Assembly (NCBI GenBank): GCA_965204735.1
Contig: OZ242008.1
Coordinates: forward strand, 3,200,001 to 3,264,000
Direction: 5' to 3'
DNA length: 64,000 nucleotides
Source: Longimicrobiales bacterium
Lineage (GTDB): Bacteria; Gemmatimonadota; Gemmatimonadetes; Longimicrobiales; Gaopeijiaceae
Shown one piece after another: positions 1 through 7,431 of the stretch. The notes under the pieces are model-generated. The model was not told the DNA's origin. It did no database searches and saw only the letters and a list, made by a program, of their open reading frames with translations. How positions within the stretch are numbered: the first letter of the stretch is position 1; each line of letters starts with the position of its first letter. The translations under genes were made by a program, and so were the position numbers.

Positions 1-222
1 TCGCTGCTCGTGTTCATCCTCGCCATCGGCTTCTACATCACGCCGGCGCTGGTGGGCGGCAGTACCGGCCAGCTCATCTCGAACATGGTCGCCTACCACA
101 TGCAGACGTCCCTCAATTGGGGGCTGGCGGCGGCCCTGGGCGGAATTCTGCTGGCGGGCGTTCTTGCGCTCTACTTGGTCTACGACCGGGTGGTGGGCGT
201 CGAACGCATGAGCTTGGGCTGA
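1..222 (+). CDS. ABC transporter permease, PotB-like polyamine/opine family (5'-truncated by window edge)
   Basis: C-terminal FILAIGFYITPALVGG...LNWGLAAALG motif typical of PotB-type permeases; followed by a PotC-like gene. Confidence 0.85.
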   Translation, partial: SLLVFILAIGFYITPALVGGSTGQLISNMVAYHMQTSLNWGLAAALGGILLAGVLALYLVYDRVVGVERMSLG

Positions 223-228
223 CGCTCC

Positions 229-1077
229 GTGGCCGCCGCGACGACCGCTCCAAGCGCGGGAGACCGCATCTTCCGCATCGCCCATCTGGGCTTTTGCGCG
301 GCGGTGTTCTTCTTTCTCTTGGCGCCGATCCTGGTGATCGTCCCCCTGAGCTTCAACGCCGAGCCGTACTTCACCTTCACGGAGGGGATGCTTCGATTCG
401 ATTCGGAGGCGTACTCCCTGCGGTGGTACCGGCTGGTGGTCGAAGACGAGGCTTGGAGGCGGGGGCTCGTCAACAGCTTCGTCATCGGCTTGTCGGCCAC
501 TGCGCTCGCCACGGCGCTGGGCACCCTTGCGGCGCTGGGGCTGGCCAGCCCGGCCATGCCCGCTCGGCGCTTCGTCATGGGGATGCTGATCTCGCCGCTG
601 GTGACGCCCTTGATCATCTCCGCCGCCGGGATGTTCTTCTTCTACTCCAGCGTGGGGCTGACCCAGACCCATGTCGGGCTGGTCCTGGCGCACGCCGCCC
701 TGGGCACGCCGTTCGTCGTGATCACCGTGACCGCCACCCTCGCGGGCTTCGACGCCAACTTGACGCGAGCTGCCGCCAGCATGGGCGCCGGACCGTTTCG
801 CACCTTCCGACAGGTGCAGCTGCCGCTCATCGCGCCCGGCGTCTTCTCGGGAGCGCTCTTCGCCTTCGCCACGTCGTTCGACGAGGTGGTGGTGGTGCTC
901 TTCATGGGGGGCGTGGAGCAGCGCACGATCCCGCGACAGATGTGGGCCGGCATCCGCGAGCAGATCAGCCCGGCGATCCTGGCGGTGGCCACGTTCTTGA
1001 TCGTGTTCGCGGTGACTCTTCTGCTGACGGTGGAGCGGCTGCGGCGGCGGAGCGAGGCGCGGGGAGCGCAGAGATGA
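229..1077 (+). CDS. ABC transporter permease, PotC-like
   Basis: Several TM helices, EAA-loop region (LTRAAASMGAGP), FATSFDEVVV motif. Confidence 0.9.
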   Translation: MAAATTAPSAGDRIFRIAHLGFCAAVFFFLLAPILVIVPLSFNAEPYFTFTEGMLRFDSEAYSLRWYRLVVEDEAWRRGLVNSFVIGLSATALATALGTLAALGLASPAMPARRFVMGMLISPLVTPLIISAAGMFFFYSSVGLTQTHVGLVLAHAALGTPFVVITVTATLAGFDANLTRAAASMGAGPFRTFRQVQLPLIAPGVFSGALFAFATSFDEVVVVLFMGGVEQRTIPRQMWAGIREQISPAILAVATFLIVFAVTLLLTVERLRRRSEARGAQR

Positions 1078-1802
1078 CCTTTACCGTGGTCACGCCCGTG
1101 CTCAACGACCCGCGGGTGGTGCGCGCCGTCGAATCGGTTCTCGCTCAGCAGTACGAACCCGCGCCGGAGCTGATCGTGGTGGACGGCGGCTCCACCGACG
1201 CGACGCTGGAGGCGCTCGAGAAGCACCGGGCGAGGATCGACGTCTTGGTGAGCGAGCCCGACCAGGGCCTGTACGACGCCATGAACAAGGGCGTCCGCAG
1301 GGCCGGCGGCGACGTGGTGGCGATCCTGAACGCCGACGACCAGTACGCCGACCCGTTCGTCTTTCGGGACGCGGCAAGCCTTCTGGAGGAAGCCGAGGGG
1401 TGCTACGGAGACATCGTCTACACGAGCCGCAGGGGCAAGATCGTGCGCTATTGGAAGGCGGGACGGTGCATGAAGGCCAAGTGGTACCTGGGATGGATGC
1501 CGCCTCACCCGTCGTTCTTCGTGCGGCGTCGCGTGTACGAACGGCATGGCGCGTTCGATCTGCGCTATCCGGTCGCCGCGGACTACGAGCTGATGCTGCG
1601 CTTCATCCACCGGGTCGGCATCGACGTGCGCTACCTCGACAGGGTAGTCGTGAAGATGGCGATCGGCGGAAACAGCTCCAGGATCGTCAGGGGAAACTTC
1701 GACGTGGCCCGGGCATGGGCAAGGAACGGACTCCGCGGGGGCCTGCTGGCGCCGTTCCTGAAGCCTGTCGCGAAGGTATGGCAGCTCGCCGTTCGGCCTT
1801 GA
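1074..1802 (+). CDS. Glycosyltransferase family 2 (WcaE-like)
   Basis: ATG at 1074 overlaps upstream stop (ATGA); VVDGGSTD, SEPDQGLYDAMNKG, LNADD, PPHPSFF, ADYE motifs. Confidence 0.9.
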   Translation: MTFTVVTPVLNDPRVVRAVESVLAQQYEPAPELIVVDGGSTDATLEALEKHRARIDVLVSEPDQGLYDAMNKGVRRAGGDVVAILNADDQYADPFVFRDAASLLEEAEGCYGDIVYTSRRGKIVRYWKAGRCMKAKWYLGWMPPHPSFFVRRRVYERHGAFDLRYPVAADYELMLRFIHRVGIDVRYLDRVVVKMAIGGNSSRIVRGNFDVARAWARNGLRGGLLAPFLKPVAKVWQLAVRP

Positions 1803-2986
1803 CCGACCTTCTTCGCTGTCCCGTCACCGGGCAGGCGCTCGCATTCGCCGAGGGAGGCTCCGACTGGGTTCCGTTGCCGCGAGCTGCAGGTGCGCCCGAA
1901 CCGATGGCCGCGGACCGCGAAGTCGGCGCCCCGACCCTCGTCGTGGAGGACCACTCCGCAGCGTACCCGATCGTGAAGGGCATTCCCGTGCTGCTGGGCC
2001 CCGAAAGGCTCGTGCCGCCCGACGTTGCGAACGCTCACGAGGCGGTGGACCTCTCGGCGCCCGAGTACGCCGAGGCCTACGAGGAGATGGCCTACTACAA
2101 CAAGCCGACGAGCCGGCCGTCCTACGACGTCGTCATGGGCGGCCTGACGCGGCGCCGGGACCAGGTCGAGTCTCTCGGGGCCACCTTCCCCCACCCTGCC
2201 CGCATCTGGGTCGACGCGCCCCACGACTCGACCTCGCAACTCGATGCCTACGCCTACCTGTCGCCCGTCGAGGGCAAGAAGGCGCTCCAGATCGGCGGCA
2301 GCGGATCGCACGCGGTGAAGATGCTGCTGTCGGGCGCCCGCCTTGCGGTCCTGGTGACCCCGATGCTCTACGAGGCCCAGTACGCCTGCGGCCTTGCCGC
2401 CGAATGGGGCGTGCAGGACCGCCTCCTTGCCGTCGTCGGAGTCGGCGAAGCGCTGCCTCTGGCGGACGCCTCCATCGACTTGGTGCACTCGGGAAGCTTT
2501 CATCACATGAGGTTCGACTTCCTGGGCCCCGAGCTGCACAGAGTGCTTGCGGCAGGGGGAAGGTTCGCGGGCGTCGACCCGTATGCCACGCCGCTGCATT
2601 CGATCGGAACAACTTTGCTGGGCAAGCGGGAGTCGTCCGTCCACTGCCGGCCCGTTACCCCGGAGCGCATTGCCAAGCTGAGAAGGACGTTTCCCGATCT
2701 GACGACGAACCATCACGGGCCCATTCTTCGCTACTTCTTCTTGGGAGTGGAGAAGCTGACCCGAGGGCGGCTCTGCCTCGGCGTGTCGGTCATGCTGCAC
2801 GTCATGCGCGCCGACGACTTCATCGGTCGCATCGTGGCGCCCTTGGGGATCCGCGGAGGCTCCGTGACGATCAACGGCGCGAAGCCGGTGGGCGGCGCGA
2901 AGCCGGTGTGCGACGGCCCGGGCGGCCGTTCGCGTTCGCCCGGCCGCGTCGCCGTTCGCTCGGACCGCAAGGTTCCTTGCGCATGA
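1799..2986 (+). CDS. Putative SAM-dependent methyltransferase with N-terminal Trm112-like segment
   Basis: TTG start overlapping GT2 stop; LLRCPVTG...YPIVKGIPVLL (Trm112-like), ALQIGGSG and GEALPLADASIDLV...FHH (class I MTase-like). Confidence 0.65.
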   Translation: MTDLLRCPVTGQALAFAEGGSDWVPLPRAAGAPEPMAADREVGAPTLVVEDHSAAYPIVKGIPVLLGPERLVPPDVANAHEAVDLSAPEYAEAYEEMAYYNKPTSRPSYDVVMGGLTRRRDQVESLGATFPHPARIWVDAPHDSTSQLDAYAYLSPVEGKKALQIGGSGSHAVKMLLSGARLAVLVTPMLYEAQYACGLAAEWGVQDRLLAVVGVGEALPLADASIDLVHSGSFHHMRFDFLGPELHRVLAAGGRFAGVDPYATPLHSIGTTLLGKRESSVHCRPVTPERIAKLRRTFPDLTTNHHGPILRYFFLGVEKLTRGRLCLGVSVMLHVMRADDFIGRIVAPLGIRGGSVTINGAKPVGGAKPVCDGPGGRSRSPGRVAVRSDRKVPCA

Positions 2987-3951
2987 AGACGCTGATCGCA
3001 GGCGCCGGAGGCTTCATCGGCGGTCATCTCGCTCGCACGGTGCTCGACGAGGGGAGCGAAGTGCGGTGCGTGGACCGCAAGCCGTTGGGCGAGTGGTACC
3101 AAGTGCACGAAGGCGCCGAAAACGTTGTGGCCGACCTTAGGGAGATCGAATCGTGCATGAGGGCGTGCAAGGGAGTGATCGAGTGCTACCAGCTCGCCGC
3201 CGACATGGGAGGCATCGGCTTCATCGAGAACAACAAGGCGCTGTGCATGCTTTCGGTTCTGATTAGCACGCACATGCTGATGGCGGCGCAGGAGCACGGC
3301 GTCGAGCGCTTCTTCTACTCCTCGTCGGCTTGCGTGTACCGGGCCGACAAGCAGGACAGCGCCGACGTGGCGCCCCTGCGCGAAGAGGACGCCTACCCGG
3401 CGATGCCGGAGGACGGCTACGGATGGGAGAAGCTCTTCTCCGAGCGGATGTGCAGGCACTTTCGAGAAGACTTCGGCGTGCCTACTCGCATCGCGCGCTA
3501 CCACAACGTGTACGGCCCCGAGGGCGCATGGGACGACGGCCGAGAAAAGGCGCCTGCGGCGATCTGCCGCAAGGTGGCGCAGGCCAAGCGCACCGGCGTC
3601 CACGAGATCGAGATATGGGGAGACGGCAGCCAGACCCGGTCGTTCATGTACATCGACGACTGTGTCGAGGGCACGCTGGCGATCGCCCGAAGCGGGATCG
3701 TCGAACCCATCAACCTGGGGTCCAGCGAGCTGGTCGCCGTCGACGGTCTTGTCGACGTGGCCGAGGAGATCGCCGGCGTCAAGCTGAAGCGTCGCTATCT
3801 GCTCGACCGTCCGAAGGGCGTGAACGGCCGGAACAGCGACAACCGAACGATACTCGAGAAGCTGGGGTGGGAGCCCTCCATACGGCTGAAGACCGGCCTC
3901 GAGCGAACGTATCGCTGGATCTACGACCAGTACGTCGCGAAGCACGGGTGA
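2983..3951 (+). CDS. NAD-dependent epimerase, GDP-mannose 3,5-epimerase-like
   Basis: GAGGFIG, LAADMGGIGFI, SSSACVY, YGWEKL, EKAPAAICRK, GVNGRNSDN motifs. Confidence 0.9.
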   Translation: MKTLIAGAGGFIGGHLARTVLDEGSEVRCVDRKPLGEWYQVHEGAENVVADLREIESCMRACKGVIECYQLAADMGGIGFIENNKALCMLSVLISTHMLMAAQEHGVERFFYSSSACVYRADKQDSADVAPLREEDAYPAMPEDGYGWEKLFSERMCRHFREDFGVPTRIARYHNVYGPEGAWDDGREKAPAAICRKVAQAKRTGVHEIEIWGDGSQTRSFMYIDDCVEGTLAIARSGIVEPINLGSSELVAVDGLVDVAEEIAGVKLKRRYLLDRPKGVNGRNSDNRTILEKLGWEPSIRLKTGLERTYRWIYDQYVAKHG

Positions 3952-3981
3952 CGACTACGTCGCGAAAGCACGGGTGACGAC
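3931..3981 (+). repeat. Tandem duplication (25/26 bp) of the epimerase 3' end including the stop codon
   Basis: tacgtcgcgaagcacgggtgacgac followed by tacgtcgcgaaagcacgggtgacgac. Confidence 0.9.
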
Positions 3982-4209
3982 AAGCGGCGAACGCCGCGGC
4001 GGGCCGAGGCAAGCCCCCCGGCGGCAGCCGCGACGACCGACTCGACTGGAACGGCGAAGGTTGCCTGTCGCAGTGCGGCCGACGACAAAGAGCGCAACCG
4101 GGGCCCGGCCCTGTCGGACCGGACCCCGTTCGGTGCGCCACGGCGCCTGGGTTCTCTCTTGTGCGGCCCCGGGCGAGCCTTCGCCTCCAGCGGTCGGCGG
4201 CGGGTCCGC

Positions 4210-4650
4210 CTACGCCCGGCGGCTCACCTCGATCTTGCGCGCGCGAGCTTCCTCGGCCTTGGGCAGGCGCAGCGTCAGGATGCCGTTCTCCAGCTCCGCC
4301 GAGATTGCGTCGGCACGGACCGTGCCCGGCACGCGAAAAGTCCGGCGGAAGGCGCCGAAGGCGCGCTCCTGGAGGAGGTGCTTGCCCTCGGATTCGGCCT
4401 CGTGCTCCGCGCGCTTCTCGCCGGAGACGGCGAGGACGTTGTTCTCGACGGCGATCTCGATGGACTCCTCGCCCACGCCCGGCAGCTCGACGGCGAGGAC
4501 GAACTCGTTGTCGAACTCCTGGACGCTGGCGGCGGGGAGCCAGCTCGAGCCCCGGACGACGCTCGTGGGCGTCCAGCCGAACAGGAGGTCGGCCAGCGCT
4601 TCGGAGCCGGGCCGGGGTGCGAGGCGGTTGGTGCAGGTGGTCGGGGACAT
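4210..4650 (-). CDS. Hsp20/alpha-crystallin small heat-shock protein
   Basis: VELPGV..ESIEI.VENNVL.VSGEK, ERAFGAFRRTF, A.LENGIL.L.LPK motifs; GGAGG RBS upstream of ATG 4650. Confidence 0.9.
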   Translation of the reverse strand: MSPTTCTNRLAPRPGSEALADLLFGWTPTSVVRGSSWLPAASVQEFDNEFVLAVELPGVGEESIEIAVENNVLAVSGEKRAEHEAESEGKHLLQERAFGAFRRTFRVPGTVRADAISAELENGILTLRLPKAEEARARKIEVSRRA

Positions 4651-4724
4651 CTCTTCAAGCCTCCGTTGTTGGATGGCGTGGATTGGTGCGCGACGCTCGT
4701 CGCGCCGTGCGTGTCCCTCTCTTC

Positions 4725-4740
4725 TGCATGGAGCGTGCCG
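4725..4740 (-). promoter_or_regulatory. Putative sigma54 (-24/-12) promoter of hsp20
   Basis: Minus strand CGGCACGCTCCATGCA = GG-N10-GC, close to TGGCACG-N4-TTGCW. Confidence 0.7.
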
Positions 4741-4746
4741 CCGATT

Positions 4747-4860
4747 TCCTGCCAAAATGGCAGGACGCCCGCGTGTCGGGGCCCGTCCGGCCACGGTTTG
4801 GGCCGTCGCGGCGGGCGCGCACCTGCCAAAACGGCAGGACTACTGCCAAAATGGCAGGAC
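4747..4860. promoter_or_regulatory. Three palindromic boxes CTGCCA-AAA-(T/C)GGCAG, putative regulator binding sites
   Basis: tcctgccaaaatggcagga 4747-4765, cctgccaaaacggcagg 4822-4838, ctgccaaaatggcag 4843-4857. Confidence 0.75.
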
Positions 4861-4885
4861 CGCCCTGCCCGTCGTCCGGTTCGGA

Positions 4886-4997
4886 GCGTTCGCGGGCGCC
4901 GACGCCGGCGGGAGAACGCGGCCGCCGAAAGACGACGCGACGGGCGAAGCAGAGCCGCTGGCGTTCGCGGGCGCCGACGCCGGCGGGAGAACGCGGC
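4886..4997. repeat. Two identical 37-bp direct repeats separated by 38 bp
   Basis: gcgttcgcgggcgccgacgccggcgggagaacgcggc at 4886-4922 and 4961-4997; internal GCGTTC...GAACGC inverted repeat. Confidence 0.9.
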
Positions 4998-5032
4998 TCC
5001 CGGACCGGGCATCGTCCCGTGGTCCGGCTGGA

Positions 5033-5935
5033 CTACCGTCCCAGCGCCAGCGCCTTGGCGGCGGCGCCCCGCTCGGGCACCACGCGGACCGGCAGGACGT
5101 GGCAGCCCAGCTCGGCGCCGATCGTCTCCACGGGCTTGCGCAGAACGCTGACTTCGCGGACGAGCCCTCCCGAGAGGGCCAGCGGCGGCGGGCCGGTCCA
5201 CTTGGACGTGCGGGCCAGCGCGGCGGCCAGCAGCGCCCGCACCCCTTCCAACGTCGTCCGAACCACCCGCGCGGCGGCGCCGTCGCCGGCCTGCGCCGCT
5301 TGCAGGACGATCGGCGCCAGCGCGGCCACGTCCCGCTTGGCGGCGCCCGCGACCCACTCCGGCAGCTCCGTCGGCTCGCCCACGCCCGTCGGACGCGCGA
5401 AGGCGCGAGCCAGCGTCGTCGCGGGCGCTCGGCCGTCGGCGCTGCGGACCACCTCCCGGAGCCCCTCCAAGCCGATCCGGTAGCCGCTGCCTTCGTCGTC
5501 CAGCAGGCTGCCCCACCCTCCCACGGTCACCCGCTTCCCCCTGGGGTCCACCGCCAGCACGACGGATCCGGTGCCCGCCACCAGGAGGATCCCCGGTCCC
5601 CCGCCGAAGGCGTCGGCCCTTGCAGCCTCCACGTCGGTTCCGACGCCGAGGCGCCGGGCCACTCCCGCTCCTCCCAGCGCAGCCTCCACGGCGCGGCGAG
5701 GACCCTCGCGTCCGGCCCCCGCCAGTCCGGCCCACAGGCTCTCCGCCGGCAGAGAAGCGCCTGCGGTCTCGGCGGCCCGACGCACCATCTCCGCCACGAC
5801 CGCGGCCGCGGCGGCGGGGTCGCGGGGGTTCACCAGCCCGGCGGGACCTTCGACGACCGCGACCTCCCGCCCCTGGGCGTCCGTCGCGAGAGCTCGGGAT
5901 CGGGTGCCGCCGCCGTCCACGCCCACGAAGATCAC
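5033..5935 (-). CDS. BadF/BcrA-family amino-sugar kinase (GlcNAc/MurNAc kinase, MurK-like)
   Basis: VGVDGGGTRS, AGLAGAG, LVAGTGS, GGWGSLLDDEGSGYRIG motifs; GTG start overlapping symporter stop. Confidence 0.85.
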   Translation of the reverse strand: MIFVGVDGGGTRSRALATDAQGREVAVVEGPAGLVNPRDPAAAAAVVAEMVRRAAETAGASLPAESLWAGLAGAGREGPRRAVEAALGGAGVARRLGVGTDVEAARADAFGGGPGILLVAGTGSVVLAVDPRGKRVTVGGWGSLLDDEGSGYRIGLEGLREVVRSADGRAPATTLARAFARPTGVGEPTELPEWVAGAAKRDVAALAPIVLQAAQAGDGAAARVVRTTLEGVRALLAAALARTSKWTGPPPLALSGGLVREVSVLRKPVETIGAELGCHVLPVRVVPERGAAAKALALGR

Positions 5936-7431
5936 GGGTCGCGCTCCGGCCGCCGGCCGGCGGCGATCAGCGCGCGGGCGTGCGTCGAGCTCCATCCGAC
6001 CGTCATGGCGACCACCAGTCCCACGAGAACGAACCACGGCCAGGCAACCACCTCCCAGATCCACAGCGCCACCACCGTGGCCACGCCCGCCGTCATTCCA
6101 GCTATGGCGCCGCCCTGGCCCGTCTTCCGTCCAAGAACGCCCAGGGCGAAGACGCCCAGGAGGCCCCCGTACGCCATCGACGCCGCGGTCAAGGCCACTT
6201 CCACCGCAGCCGCGCGGCCGGAAGCGCCGCCCGGGTCGCCGCCCCCCGCGGCTCCTTCGGGCGGGATGAAGAGGATCGCGCCCGCCACCAGCGCCCCGGC
6301 CCAGAGCAAGGTGAAGACCCTCCCCGCCGTCAGCATGGCCTGGTCGCTGCCGAGGCGGCCCGTCGCAGGACCCCAGAAGTCGTAGGCGCTGGCCGAAGCC
6401 AAGGAGTTGATCGACGAAGACAACGAAGACATGGCGGCGGCGAAGACGCCGGCGATCAGGAGGCCGCGAACCCCGGCGGGCATCTCGGCGACGATGAAGG
6501 TGGCGAAGATTTCGTCGGTGGTGCCGAAGGCTCGGCCGTCGTAGAACGCCCACAGCCCGAGTCCCACGAAGAGGAAGAGGGCGAACTGGCCGATCACGAC
6601 GAAGCCGCTGCCGATCAGGGCTCGACGGCTGGCGGCCGCGTTCCGACAGGTCAGGAGGCGCTGCACGATGAGCTGGTCGGCGCCGTGGGACGCCATGGAC
6701 AGAAACGCCCCTCCGGCCAGACCCGCCCAGAAGGTGTAGGCGACGTCGAGATCGGTGTCGAAGTCCAGCAGCTGGAGCTTTCCGGCCGCCGAGGCGCGCT
6801 CCAGGATCGCAGGCCAACCCCCGTCCACGGCGCCGTGGAGGAGAGCCAGCGCGACCAAGCCGCCGGCCACGTAGAGCGTCATCTGGAGCGCGTCCACCCA
6901 TACGACGGCGCGGATGCCGCCGAAGTAGGTGTACGCCAGCGTGGCCGCTCCCACGACCAGCACCGACTGGGGGTAGGACCAGCCGGTCACGATCGCGAGG
7001 GGGATCGCCGTCGCGAAGAGCCGCACCGAATCGGCCAGCAGGCGCGCCGCCATGAAGGCGCCCGAGGCGCAGCGGCGGGTTGCGGTTCCGAAGCGTCGTC
7101 CCAGGAGCTCGTAGGCGGTGGCGAGGTCGCCCCGGTAGTACGCCGGCAGCAGCAGCGCGGCCACCACGATCCGGCCGACCAAGTAGCCGAAGGTCAGCTG
7201 CAGGAAGGCCAGGGTTCCCAGGTACGAGATTCCCGGCACCGAAAGGAAGGTGAGGGTGCTGGTCTCGGTCGCCACGACGGAGAACATCACCGCCCACCAG
7301 GGGAGGTCGCGGTTGCCCAGGAAGTATCCGGTTCCGCCCGACGTGCCCCGGCCCAGCCATGCGCCCCATGCGGTTACGCCCGCGATGTAGACGAGAACGA
7401 CTGCCAGGTCCACGCCGCCGAAGGCCGTCAC
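5932..7431 (-). CDS. Sodium:solute symporter (SSS family)
   Basis: YFLGNRDLPWWAV, SVVATETS, GGIRAVVWVD, DQLIVQRLL, AAAMSSLSSSINSL; many TM helices. Confidence 0.9.
   Translation of the reverse strand: MTAFGGVDLAVVLVYIAGVTAWGAWLGRGTSGGTGYFLGNRDLPWWAVMFSVVATETSTLTFLSVPGISYLGTLAFLQLTFGYLVGRIVVAALLLPAYYRGDLATAYELLGRRFGTATRRCASGAFMAARLLADSVRLFATAIPLAIVTGWSYPQSVLVVGAATLAYTYFGGIRAVVWVDALQMTLYVAGGLVALALLHGAVDGGWPAILERASAAGKLQLLDFDTDLDVAYTFWAGLAGGAFLSMASHGADQLIVQRLLTCRNAAASRRALIGSGFVVIGQFALFLFVGLGLWAFYDGRAFGTTDEIFATFIVAEMPAGVRGLLIAGVFAAAMSSLSSSINSLASASAYDFWGPATGRLGSDQAMLTAGRVFTLLWAGALVAGAILFIPPEGAAGGGDPGGASGRAAAVEVALTAASMAYGGLLGVFALGVLGRKTGQGGAIAGMTAGVATVVALWIWEVVAWPWFVLVGLVVAMTVGWSSTHARALIAAGRRPERDP

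Noticed and set aside
4886..4997. CRISPR array
   Set aside because: Only two repeats, no AT-rich leader and no cas genes in the window
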